This document shows positions 1 to 8,269 of a DNA stretch of 64,000 bases, piece by piece; position 1 is the stretch's first letter; every line of letters starts with the position of its first letter. The notes below the pieces were generated by a model that was given only the letters and a program-made list of their open reading frames with translations, searched no databases and was not told the DNA's origin. Source of the DNA: a bacterium (lineage in GTDB: Bacteria; Patescibacteriota; Microgenomatia; Woykebacterales; RBG-16-39-9b); contig JAUYID010000009.1 in the NCBI GenBank assembly GCA_030704665.1, positions 522,460 through 586,459 on the forward strand, given 5' to 3'. The position numbers and the translations under genes are program-made.

Positions 1-1039
1 TGGTCTCGAAAACAGTGCGCAGTACTTCGTTGAAGCCGGTCGGGTTTTTTACGAGAGAAACAAAGATTTTTTTGCCTTCAACAGAGATTTTTTCGGTCCT
101 GCCAAAGGCAGCTTGGAACTGCTTCAAAGTTTTTTTGACTAAAGCTAAATCTAAATTCAAGGCTCGCGCACAGGCTGCTGCGGCCAAAACATTGTAAAGA
201 TTGTAGAGCCCAGGCAAGGGAGAGTGCAGAGTTTCCCTAAAACCTTCACTCTCAAGCTCAAAAGCTGAGCCTGCAAGACCGTCGAGTTTGATTGAAGAGA
301 TTTTCAAATCCAGCTTGGGCCTTTTGAAACCGCAGTTTTTGCAAGAGTAAACTCCAAGGTGGGACAAATAAATTCTTTCGTAGGTAAGCTCGCCACCGCA
401 ATTAGTACAATTTAAATAGTCAGAGGCGTGTGGGGCTTTGCCCAAATCAATATTTTGATCTTCAACTCCATAGAAAAGCACTTTCGCTTTGGTTTGTGAA
501 AGACTTGCTAGCGCTGGATCGTCAGCGTTTAAAACCAAAGTTGTTGAAGAATCAAGGTTTTTGACTGCTTTGATCCAAAGAGAACGGATCGTGTTGACCT
601 CGCCATAGCGGTCAAGTTGATCCCGAAAAAGATTTCCCAAAACGATGACGCGGGGGTGAAGCTCCGAAACTACGAGGGGCAGAGCAGCCTCGTCGACCTC
701 AAAAACAGCCGTACTAGCCTCTCTACGGCCCCAGAAGCTTTCTTCTCTGGCCAAACTGGTAGCAAGGCCACGGGCCAAGTTTGACCCCTCACGGTTGTCA
801 ATATGTTTGATTTTAGCTTCGTCGAGAATGGAGCTGATCAATCTTGAAGTGGTAGTTTTACCGTTGGTGCCGGAAATAAGGATAATGTCAGAGTAATTTT
901 TAGCTAGTTTGCGCAGCGCTTGCGGCTCCAGTTTCAGAGCAGCGAGGCCGGGAGCGGCAGTGGCTCCGCTACCAATGGTGCGTAGAAAGCTGTGAAGTGC
1001 CTTGGCGGCAAGAATTGAACCAGCTAGTTTGAGATCCAT
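1..1039 (-). CDS. murT: MurT-type Mur ligase (lipid II isoglutaminyl synthase subunit), 3' end outside the window
   Basis: Hand translation from ATG 1039: MDLKLAGS...ILISGTNGKTTT...VFEVDEA...LGNLFRDQLDRYGE, plus CxxC...CxxC zinc finger (CTNC/CKNC). Confidence 0.85.
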   Translation of the reverse strand, partial: MDLKLAGSILAAKALHSFLRTIGSGATAAPGLAALKLEPQALRKLAKNYSDIILISGTNGKTTTSRLISSILDEAKIKHIDNREGSNLARGLATSLAREESFWGRREASTAVFEVDEAALPLVVSELHPRVIVLGNLFRDQLDRYGEVNTIRSLWIKAVKNLDSSTTLVLNADDPALASLSQTKAKVLFYGVEDQNIDLGKAPHASDYLNCTNCGGELTYERIYLSHLGVYSCKNCGFKRPKLDLKISSIKLDGLAGSAFELESEGFRETLHSPLPGLYNLYNVLAAAACARALNLDLALVKKTLKQFQAAFGRTEKISVEGKKIFVSLVKNPTGFNEVLRTVFET

Positions 1040-1073
1040 ACTTAGCCTATTCTAGCAGCTCTTGGATCCAGTT

Positions 1074-1619
1074 TTAATAGCCAAGGATGAGTTTTTGGTT
1101 GTAGACAACTCGCACTGCCCAAGTCGCACTCTCCGCGTAGCGTGAGCCAATACCGTAGGCAGTTACGGCTCCGTTTGTCTGATAGCGACTGCGAATACCC
1201 TGCGCCACCTGTTTTGAAGCGTCAACCCAGTTTTTGAAGCCCATTCTACCGTTGTTCCAACCGTAAGGGTTGTAGGATCCGGCCGGAATAAATTTTCCGT
1301 ATTGAGATTCCAGCCCAGCAATAGCCGGCAAAAAGGTCCAATCTAGTTTGTATTTATCCGCAATGGCAACCAAAGCTTTCGCGTCTTTAGCCATGGGGGA
1401 AGCCTTGGAAAGTAAGAATTTTTTGAGTTTTTCGGCGCGATCGTCTTTCTTAGCCACGATAGAGACAGCCACTTCATTTTTATTTTGACCAAGGGGTTTG
1501 TAGGCGGGCGAAGTTGTAGTTTCTCGCCCTGCAGTCGGATTTAAAATTGTGGGACTGGCGATAAGCATAGAGACAGAGGCTATCACCATGGCAGCGGTCC
1601 GGAAAATAAAGCTCGTCAT
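1074..1619 (-). CDS. Secreted lysozyme-like/glucosaminidase-fold cell-wall hydrolase (paralog 1)
   Basis: N-terminal hydrophobic segment; ADKYKLDWTFLPAIAGLES.GK...NPYGW motif typical of lysozyme-like folds. Confidence 0.65.
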   Translation of the reverse strand: MTSFIFRTAAMVIASVSMLIASPTILNPTAGRETTTSPAYKPLGQNKNEVAVSIVAKKDDRAEKLKKFLLSKASPMAKDAKALVAIADKYKLDWTFLPAIAGLESQYGKFIPAGSYNPYGWNNGRMGFKNWVDASKQVAQGIRSRYQTNGAVTAYGIGSRYAESATWAVRVVYNQKLILGY

Positions 1620-1773
1620 AATCCCCGAAACAAAGTTCGGGGCCAGAGCACAGAATGTGTTTCTTTAACTAGGGATAACCTAGAAAACAAAACACAAAAA
1701 AACTTCCGCACGATTGTTTGGAAGTGAGTCTAGTTTAACAAAAAGAAGCGGAAAAGTCAAGCTTGCTTGCCAA

Positions 1774-2373
1774 CTATTGAACCATTTCCGCCATGGCAAA
1801 GCGCACCGCAAAGGCCCAAGAACCGTTGGAATTGGGTGTGTAACGTGTCATGATCGCCTCAGGTGTGGTCAAACCGTGGCTAATATACTTTTCTTTGATT
1901 CCTTTAGCGACAATTTCAATGGCATGACTCCAGCTCTCAAAACCTACTCCAGAGTTTTTTCCAGTGTAAACTGCCCAACCAAAGGCGTTGTAGGAGCCTT
2001 GCGGTATCTTTTTTCCTAGGTTTGACTCCTGAAAGGCAATCGCCGGTAGTAGTTTCCAGTCGATGCCGTATTTGTCAGCGGTAAAAACAAAATCTTTACC
2101 TGATCCATACATTGGCGAGTTGTGTTTCCTGAGAAAATTGTCGACGATGTAAGGTCGGGCATCATCAATTTTGAGCTCCGAAGCAACGACGACATTGCTT
2201 GCTCCTTCAGCTTGATAGGCATCAATTGAGGATTTGGGCAAATTGGCAGCTCCAAGTAAATTTGAAAAGGTTGGCTCTATCCTCAGAGAAAAAAACTGAA
2301 CAAGTAGGTAGGCAGCCACAATTCCGGCAATCGCCCACACTATAGTGATAAAAACTATGCCTGCCTTGGACAT
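1774..2373 (-). CDS. Membrane-anchored lysozyme-like/glucosaminidase-fold hydrolase (paralog 2)
   Basis: TM helix; ADKYGIDWKLLPAIAFQESNLGK...NAFGW aligns with the neighbouring paralog. Confidence 0.65.
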   Translation of the reverse strand: MSKAGIVFITIVWAIAGIVAAYLLVQFFSLRIEPTFSNLLGAANLPKSSIDAYQAEGASNVVVASELKIDDARPYIVDNFLRKHNSPMYGSGKDFVFTADKYGIDWKLLPAIAFQESNLGKKIPQGSYNAFGWAVYTGKNSGVGFESWSHAIEIVAKGIKEKYISHGLTTPEAIMTRYTPNSNGSWAFAVRFAMAEMVQ

Positions 2374-2474
2374 CGTCAATAATACTAGTTGGGTGCTAAA
2401 GGAGTGTCAAGGCCACTTATCTATAAGGAAGTAGATCACTTTTTTTGTTGTATAATTTACGCGCGAGGTAGAAT

Positions 2475-2858
2475 ATGGAGGTGATCATGATGCGAACGGA
2501 AGAATTCGAGCATCTAGTTGCTACCCGGGTAAGTGTGCTTGAAACCCGCTCACTAGATAAGACAGTAATGGGTCTTACTTTTGGATTTCCCGACACAAAG
2601 GATTTCAGTAAAGTCCGAATCCTTGTCCGGGGCAGCGACAAAAGGCGAGTCCAAGTCGTGACCTTCGTCCATGAAATTGTCCATCTGCATCATGGGGACG
2701 AAGTAATAACCTTAATGGAACGTTTCGAGAAGGGTTTGATTGGCGATGCTGCAGAAGCAAAAATTGAGCGTGAGGGAAAGCGTTTTTACAAGGCGCATCG
2801 AAAGCTAGCCCGAGACACTTTTTTTACCTTGTTAAAACAGAGTCAACAACAGGCCTAA
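2475..2858 (+). CDS. Hypothetical protein with HExxH motif (possible zincin-like); start may be 2487
   Basis: FVHEIVH motif; TATAAT promoter and GGAGGT SD upstream of ATG 2487. Confidence 0.45.
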   Translation: MEVIMMRTEEFEHLVATRVSVLETRSLDKTVMGLTFGFPDTKDFSKVRILVRGSDKRRVQVVTFVHEIVHLHHGDEVITLMERFEKGLIGDAAEAKIEREGKRFYKAHRKLARDTFFTLLKQSQQQA

Positions 2859-2887
2859 TCTAGAAAGGAGAGGGATTAAGCCAAAAC

Positions 2888-2962
2888 TGGAGCGCGAGAC
2901 CAGATTCGAACTGGCGACCTCTTCCTTGGCAAGGAAGCATTCTACCGCTGAACTACTCGCGC
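2888..2962 (-). tRNA. tRNA-Gly(GCC)
   Basis: Cloverleaf GCGCGAG...CTTCC-TTGCCAA-GGAAG...GTTCGAATC...CTCGCGC-T-CCA. Confidence 0.95.
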
Positions 2963-2973
2963 AGACAAAGTTT

Positions 2974-3033
2974 GCGTGAGTAGGAAGCGGCAGGACCAGT
3001 CTTTAGACTAGCCTACCGCTGAACTACTCGCGC
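2974..3033 (-). repeat. 21-nt duplicate of the tRNA-Gly 5' end (3013-3033) extended into a fold-back hairpin containing TAGG...CCTGC
   Basis: ctaccgctgaactactcgcgc occurs at both 2942-2962 and 3013-3033; the right arm is complementary to the fragment. Confidence 0.85.
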
Positions 3034-3066
3034 ACGTAGGAGTATTTTAGCAGACGTAAGCAAAGA

Positions 3067-4089
3067 TTAGCGACCACGAAATTTTTTAATCAAACTCAGG
3101 ATGTGATCGGCCCTTCGCTGCAGCGTGTAACGAGGGGTTAAGGGCAAATCTTGTGCACGGAGGTATTCAACTCGACGCCCACCAAAGCCAGTCTTAAACA
3201 AAGTAAAACCGTACCAAGGGTGCCTCGGTTTAAACTCATTCTCAGCCGCTACTCCCCAAAAATTGTAGTACTTCATTCCTCGACGCTTAGCTTCTTTTAT
3301 CGCCTCCCACTGCAACAAGTAACCAACCGAGCCCTCTCCCGGTCGGGAGGCGCCATGAAGATAGTAAGCCGCTTCTCCGTAGTAAGCCACGATGGACATT
3401 GCCTGAACATGTCCAGACTTGACTGATTTGAAAACAAGCATTTGGTCATCTTTGGCTAGTATTTCAAACTGTTTCTGGTAGTAATCCTTGGAATGGTTTG
3501 AAAAACCCTTGCGAAAAGAAGTTTGGTTGAGCAAACGAGCAAATTCTTCGACTTCCCCCGGATTTCGGCTGGCTTCCACTTTGACTCCTTTTTTTTCCTC
3601 ATCTCGAATCAAATAGCGTGTCGTTTTGCGCATGCTGTAAAGCATTTCTTCTTCTGTTTTGTCCAGATCTAGAACCCAAACTGTTTCAGCTTGAATGAAG
3701 TTGATAGCGCGCTTAAAACCAAAGGTACGAAACAATTTTTCGTTTTCTTTTCCTGCCAAAAGATTTGGTTCCAATTTGACAAAATCAACTTTTTCTTCAC
3801 GCCCCAATTCTGAAGCTTTTTTAACAAAAGCTTTGAAAACTTCTTTTTTTTGCCAATCTATGACCGGGCCGCGGGGTGAATAGAGGGCAGTCGCAAAGCG
3901 GAGTTTTTCTTTAATCAACAAACAAATTCCAACCAACTCCTTCTGAGAGTAAATTCCCAAACGAAAAACTTCTTTGCCCAGGGCTTGATTAAAATCCCCC
4001 CAATCCCAGCTCTGCAGAAAGCTATTGGGGTCTTGGTAAAGTAGAAAATTTTTCCAGTCTTGTCTGCTTTCAACCAGCTTTACTTCCAT
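3067..4089 (-). CDS. FemAB/FemX family lipid II peptidyltransferase
   Basis: FLQSWDWG, YSPRGP, MRKTTRY.IR, YNFWG, FKTGFGG motifs. Confidence 0.9.
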   Translation of the reverse strand: MEVKLVESRQDWKNFLLYQDPNSFLQSWDWGDFNQALGKEVFRLGIYSQKELVGICLLIKEKLRFATALYSPRGPVIDWQKKEVFKAFVKKASELGREEKVDFVKLEPNLLAGKENEKLFRTFGFKRAINFIQAETVWVLDLDKTEEEMLYSMRKTTRYLIRDEEKKGVKVEASRNPGEVEEFARLLNQTSFRKGFSNHSKDYYQKQFEILAKDDQMLVFKSVKSGHVQAMSIVAYYGEAAYYLHGASRPGEGSVGYLLQWEAIKEAKRRGMKYYNFWGVAAENEFKPRHPWYGFTLFKTGFGGRRVEYLRAQDLPLTPRYTLQRRADHILSLIKKFRGR

Positions 4090-4090
4090 A

Positions 4091-5122
4091 TCAGTAAATT
4101 GAGTAACCCCTTATTAATCTGCGTAGCTGCGTTCGTCCCTTTTCAGCCGTCGTATAGAGACTGTAGGCGGCTCGTAAAGGTAGATCTTGGGCTTTCAAGT
4201 ATTCACGGCGAAAACCTCCAAAACCCATTTTGAAAAAAGTAATTCCGTACCAGGGATGCCCGGGCTTGAAGTTCTCTTCTTTGACGACCCCACCGAAATT
4301 ATAAAAGCCCATTCCCTTGACCTTAGCATCGGTGATCGCTTGAATATGGGTTGAGTAAGCCACTGGGCTGGTATTGTGTTGGGCCGAGGCACCATGAACG
4401 TAATAAGCAGTGTCTGCATAGAAAAGAACCATCGCCATAGACAAAACCTGACCGTCTTTTAAAGTTTTATAAAGCTTGATTTGATCACGGGTACCGAGCG
4501 CCTCGACAATTTTTTTATAGTAGGTTTCTCCTTGCCCAGAAAAACCTTTGCGAGCTGAGGTTTGAGCTACTAAATCGGCAAAAGCAGCCGCGTCTTCCGT
4601 CTTTGTGCTGGAAATTACACTCAAGCCCTCCTTTTCCTCTTTTCGCAAATATCTTCTGGTTGTTTCTCGCATTTGCGAAACTAACTCCTCGACGGGTTTC
4701 GAAATCTCCAAAACCCAATCGGCCTCTGGTTGAATATAATTGCCAGCTTCCTGAAAACCTTGATTTTTGAAAAACTTTTGATTTTCTGAGTTTAATTCTA
4801 GAAGCGGATCAAGACGTAAAAAAAGACAGCCCTCGCTAGCAGCAATATCCCGAGCTTTAGCAATAATTTTCTTAAACTGCCCCTCGGAGCCAAAAATTGG
4901 TCCGCGTGGACAATAAAGAAAGGAGCCAAAACGAGTCGTGTATTTGATAAAAAGAGCAGAAGAGACCAATTTATCGCCATTAACTAGGCCCAAACGGAAA
5001 ATTTTCTTTCCCAAACTCTGATAAAACTCCCCCCAGGCCCAGGATTGGAGAATAAAAGTGGGCTGACTATTTACTACGAAAGCCTCCCACTGCTCTTCTC
5101 TGTCAATTAATACAGCGTCCAT
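4091..5122 (-). CDS. FemAB/FemX family lipid II peptidyltransferase (tandem paralog; start MDAVL at 5122)
   Basis: ILQSWAWG, YCPRGP, YNFGG, FKMGFGG; the longer ORF start overlaps the DUF2207 gene. Confidence 0.88.
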   Translation of the reverse strand: MDAVLIDREEQWEAFVVNSQPTFILQSWAWGEFYQSLGKKIFRLGLVNGDKLVSSALFIKYTTRFGSFLYCPRGPIFGSEGQFKKIIAKARDIAASEGCLFLRLDPLLELNSENQKFFKNQGFQEAGNYIQPEADWVLEISKPVEELVSQMRETTRRYLRKEEKEGLSVISSTKTEDAAAFADLVAQTSARKGFSGQGETYYKKIVEALGTRDQIKLYKTLKDGQVLSMAMVLFYADTAYYVHGASAQHNTSPVAYSTHIQAITDAKVKGMGFYNFGGVVKEENFKPGHPWYGITFFKMGFGGFRREYLKAQDLPLRAAYSLYTTAEKGRTQLRRLIRGYSIY

Positions 5123-5126
5123 AGGG

Positions 5127-6911
5127 CTACCAACTTCCTCCCCCACCACCACCGAAACCGCCACCAGAAAAGCCTCCGGAGGCGCTAAAACCACTACCTC
5201 CACTTGCCGCCGGGGTTGCGGCAATTGCCGAGGACAGCGAACTTGAAAAACTGTTGATTGCTGCACCAAAGTAGAGAGCGTTAAAAGCCCCACTCCCGCT
5301 GTACCAAGACGGTTCGGTCGCCTTCAGCCCCATCTTTGCAAAGGCTTTGGCGAATTTTTCAGTACAACCAAAAACAATGGCGTAAGCCAAAAGCTCGTTA
5401 AAAAGATTTTCTTTCTCAAAAAATTGTTGACGGTATTTTTCGGCTCGTGAAATGAACATTTCAAAACCTCGGCTGCGCCGATAAAGTTCGTGACCGGCTG
5501 CAGTCCGCCGCGACATTAGCGGGGAAAGCAAAGCCAAAAACAGGCCTAGAATTCCTAAAGCGATACTGGGAAGGAAAACGATATCAAGATAGCGAGAAAG
5601 GAAGGCTACTCCAAGTGCTGCAAAGACAAAAACTCCAAAGCCAAAGGCTAAGTATTTACCACGCACTGTTTCGGGGTTTTGGGGAAAATATTTTTTGCTA
5701 GTTAAATCGGAGTAAAGTTTTTCTTTCACCTTTTTAAGGTCAGTATAAAAAGTCTTCTTGAGCTCAGAAAGAGCTACACTCTGACCATCATCAAAAAGAC
5801 GTTCAAAAAGTTCTTTTTCATAGCCGAGGAGCTGCTCATCAGCTTCTTTTTTCTTTTCCAGCATATAGTCTTTGCTACCAAAAAGCCATTTTTTAGCTAC
5901 CTCAGTAATTTTCAGGTAGCCCCGGCTAGCTAGATCAACAATTGTAGCCGTTACGTCTAAAGTGTCAGCTCTCTCGTCCATGAGAGTGCCAATTTCAGCC
6001 GGACGTAAATTCTCTGGAGGGCTAAATTCAACCACGAGTGTGTCTCTGTCCAAAAGCGGTTGAACCTCAGCTTTTTGGTTCTCATCAAACAAATGGGCTC
6101 GTCTCCACCAAAGATCTCGTCCGTGCCTCGACCAAAGCTGGAAAAGGAAAATAAGTCCTAGCGCTAAAATTATGAAAAAAAAACTAATAGAAACAAGAGT
6201 GAAGCGTTGCGCAGTAAAGGGGTTAAAACCGGCTTCTTCAGGTTTCGTTCCGGTCAAAATCGGCACCGTTCCGGGCTTTATTGAGGCAACAATCGAAAAG
6301 TCAGAGCCGTTTCCCAAAACTTCATCCGTAGTAAAAGTGGCTGAGCTCTCTTCAAGGTTCGATTCACAAGCTTTCGTCGAAGCAGCCGGACCCACAAAGC
6401 AGGTCACTTTTTGCAAAGAATTTCCCGGCACTGAAACAGTTGCTTGGCTAGAAAGTATTTTTACTGGCCAATTTCCAAGAAGATTCCAGTAGATTTCGTC
6501 ATGGGTTACGAAACCATTTAGAGCTCCTCGAACTACATATTCAATCTGGTAGGTGTGGGGTCCACTTATTGTTCTGCTCGCATCTCCAATTTTCGCCGTT
6601 TGGTACCCGGCTTCAAAGTAATCGTCAAAATGGGCTTCTTGACCATCTTGGGAAATTGAAGTGTAGGTAAGGTTGACATAGCGGTTTGAATTGTCAGCAA
6701 GTCTATAGGTAGTAGGAATTTGTCTGAAGATACCGTGTTTTTCTTGCGAGCCAAAATCAAGGTTGATAGTTTCTTTAACTGACAGAACACCACTTTTTTC
6801 GAGAGTAATATCAGAATGAAAAGAATTAATGACCCAACCCTCATCGGCAAATGCAAGTTTGGGGAACAAAAATAAGGAAATAGCCAAAGGTGCACTAAGC
6901 AACCATTTCAT
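5127..6911 (-). CDS. DUF2207 family membrane protein
   Basis: Signal peptide, HGIFR.IP, DEIYWN, ATIVDLASRGYL, Gly-rich GGGGGGSW C-terminus. Confidence 0.9.
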   Translation of the reverse strand: MKWLLSAPLAISLFLFPKLAFADEGWVINSFHSDITLEKSGVLSVKETINLDFGSQEKHGIFRQIPTTYRLADNSNRYVNLTYTSISQDGQEAHFDDYFEAGYQTAKIGDASRTISGPHTYQIEYVVRGALNGFVTHDEIYWNLLGNWPVKILSSQATVSVPGNSLQKVTCFVGPAASTKACESNLEESSATFTTDEVLGNGSDFSIVASIKPGTVPILTGTKPEEAGFNPFTAQRFTLVSISFFFIILALGLIFLFQLWSRHGRDLWWRRAHLFDENQKAEVQPLLDRDTLVVEFSPPENLRPAEIGTLMDERADTLDVTATIVDLASRGYLKITEVAKKWLFGSKDYMLEKKKEADEQLLGYEKELFERLFDDGQSVALSELKKTFYTDLKKVKEKLYSDLTSKKYFPQNPETVRGKYLAFGFGVFVFAALGVAFLSRYLDIVFLPSIALGILGLFLALLSPLMSRRTAAGHELYRRSRGFEMFISRAEKYRQQFFEKENLFNELLAYAIVFGCTEKFAKAFAKMGLKATEPSWYSGSGAFNALYFGAAINSFSSSLSSAIAATPAASGGSGFSASGGFSGGGFGGGGGGSW

Positions 6912-6976
6912 TAGCTTTATCTTAACATAAATTGAGTTCAAATCTAATTTCTGCTAAAATAAACCGGTTAAACTTT

Positions 6977-7063
6977 GGGCGAATGGCGGAATTGGCAGAC
7001 GCGCTGGCTTCAGGAGCCAGTCCTAGCAATAGGGTGGAGGTTCAAGTCCTCTTTCGCCCACCA
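6977..7063 (+). tRNA. tRNA-Leu(CAG)
   Basis: Class II cloverleaf; anticodon arm CTGGC-TTCAGGA-GCCAG; CCA end. Confidence 0.95.
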
Positions 7064-7084
7064 GTTATAATAGGATAGTTTTAC

Positions 7085-7169
7085 GCGGACGTGGCGGAAT
7101 TGGCATACGCGCATGCTTGAGGTGCATGTCCCGCAAGGGGTGGAGGTTCAAGTCCTCTCGTCCGCACCA
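7085..7169 (+). tRNA. tRNA-Leu(GAG)
   Basis: Class II cloverleaf; CATGC-TTGAGGT-GCATG; CCA end. Confidence 0.95.
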
Positions 7170-7175
7170 AAATAT

Positions 7176-7592
7176 ATGAGTGACGCTGAAGATCAATTGC
7201 TTTTTGTCGGACAAAAAGCATTTATTGAAAAAGACGGAAAAATTTTAATTCTAAACGACCCTGCATTGGGCTTGGATTTTCCGGGTGGAAAAGTTCAAGA
7301 TGGCGAAGAAAATTTTGATGAGGCCTTAAGCAGAGAGGTTCGAGAGGAAACAGGTTTGGAAATAGAAATTGGTGAACCTTTTACCCGTTGGCGTTATCAG
7401 CTCCGTCACGGGCATAGAAATGCAGGAAAAACACTTTGTTTAATAGGATTTCGCTGCAAGTATAAGTCAGGAGAAATTAAGTTAAGCGAAGAACACAGCA
7501 GTTTTAAATGGGTTGATAAGGCTACCTACCAGGATTTAAATGACGGTAGTGTTTATTTTGAGCAGTTACAAAAATATTTCTCGGGTTCTTAG
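7176..7592 (+). CDS. NUDIX hydrolase (true start 7176)
   Basis: Nudix box GGKVQDGEENFDEALSREVREETG; the ORF-track start lies inside tRNA-Leu. Confidence 0.88.
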   Translation: MSDAEDQLLFVGQKAFIEKDGKILILNDPALGLDFPGGKVQDGEENFDEALSREVREETGLEIEIGEPFTRWRYQLRHGHRNAGKTLCLIGFRCKYKSGEIKLSEEHSSFKWVDKATYQDLNDGSVYFEQLQKYFSGS

Positions 7593-7694
7593 CTCAGTTG
7601 GTTCAGAGCGCCTCGTTTAAGAAAATTCTGGGCACCTAGCTCAGTTGGGATCGGATGCATTTGTGCTTCGTGCAAAAGTAGATCGTCTCGTTTA
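7583..7694 (+). pseudogene. Two tandem 5' halves of tRNA-Val(UAC)-like genes (7583-7619; 7630-7694 with a D-loop hairpin insert)
   Basis: GGGTTCTTAGCTCAGTTGGTTCAGAGCGCCTCGTTTA and GGGCACCTAGCTCAGTTGG[insert]GTCTCGTTTA; both stop at anticodon TTTA. Confidence 0.8.
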
Positions 7695-7702
7695 GAAATT
7701 GG

Positions 7703-7780
7703 GGACGGTTAGCTCAGTTGGTTCAGAGCGCTTCGTTTACACCGAAGAGGTCGCAGGTTCGAGTCCTGCACCGTCCACCA
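7703..7780 (+). tRNA. tRNA-Val(UAC)
   Basis: GGACGGT/ACCGTCC acceptor; CTTCG-TTTACAC-CGAAG; CCA end. Confidence 0.95.
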
Positions 7781-7788
7781 GAATTTTC

Positions 7789-7865
7789 GCAGGATCTTTT
7801 TTGATTAAGCTCTCAAAAAATCCTACACCGTGAAGGTCTGGGGTTCGCGTCCCTAAGCACCCACA
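7789..7865 (+). pseudogene. Hairpin element (7789-7825) fused to a degenerate 3' half of tRNA-Val (7824-7865)
   Basis: GCAGGAT...TTAAGCTC...ATCCTA followed by (TA)CACCGTGAAGGTCTGGGGTTCGCGTCCCTAAGCACCCACA; AGCACCC pairs 6/7 with GGGTTCT at 7583. Confidence 0.75.
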
Positions 7866-7889
7866 ATTTGTTGTAAAATTATTTTATGT

Positions 7890-7938
7890 GCCGGGCTAGC
7901 TCAGTGGTAGGCTAGTTAAAAAAACTTATCCTGCCACC
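7890..7938 (+). pseudogene. Exact 21-nt copy of the tRNA-Phe 5' end followed by a TAGG...CCTGC hairpin
   Basis: GCCGGGCTAGCTCAGTGGTAG is identical to 7998-8018. Confidence 0.85.
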
Positions 7939-7997
7939 GACCAAATAAACATTTACAACCGAATAGTTTGAGATTTATAACTTTTCTTGGTGACCTT

Positions 7998-8072
7998 GCC
8001 GGGCTAGCTCAGTGGTAGAGCGCAGCTCTGAAAAAGCTGGCGTGCGTGGTTCGATTCCGCGGCCCGGCACCA
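7998..8072 (+). tRNA. tRNA-Phe(GAA)
   Basis: CAGCT-CTGAAAA-AGCTG anticodon arm; CCA end. Confidence 0.95.
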
Positions 8073-8154
8073 AAAAATAATTAGCGATCTTGAAAAGGTT
8101 TTAGTAAGGTTGAAGAATTTAGGGCGTCTAAGGAACAGATTGCTTTAGCAGTCT

Positions 8155-8183
8155 ATTCCGCGGCCCGGCACCAGAAAATAATT
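8155..8183 (+). repeat. Direct repeat of the tRNA-Phe 3' end plus trailer
   Basis: ATTCCGCGGCCCGGCACCA(A/G)AAAATAATT at 8054-8082 and 8155-8183. Confidence 0.85.
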
Positions 8184-8192
8184 GTTATTTAT

Positions 8193-8266
8193 TCGGGGAT
8201 GGTCTAATGGTAGGACATGGGCCTTTGAAGCCCAGTATCTAGGTTCGAATCCTAGTCCCCGAGCCA
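8193..8266 (+). tRNA. tRNA-Gln(UUG)
   Basis: TGGGC-CTTTGAA-GCCCA; TCGGGGA/TCCCCGA acceptor; GCCA end. Confidence 0.93.
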
Positions 8267-8269
8267 GAA

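Noticed and set aside
1623-1642. Palindrome CCCCGAA-N6-TTCGGGG as a LexA box
   Set aside because: It is not found in front of lexA or the uvr genes; more likely a local hairpin.
7113-7175. N-terminal extension of the NUDIX ORF
   Set aside because: It lies inside tRNA-Leu(GAG); the real start is ATG 7176.
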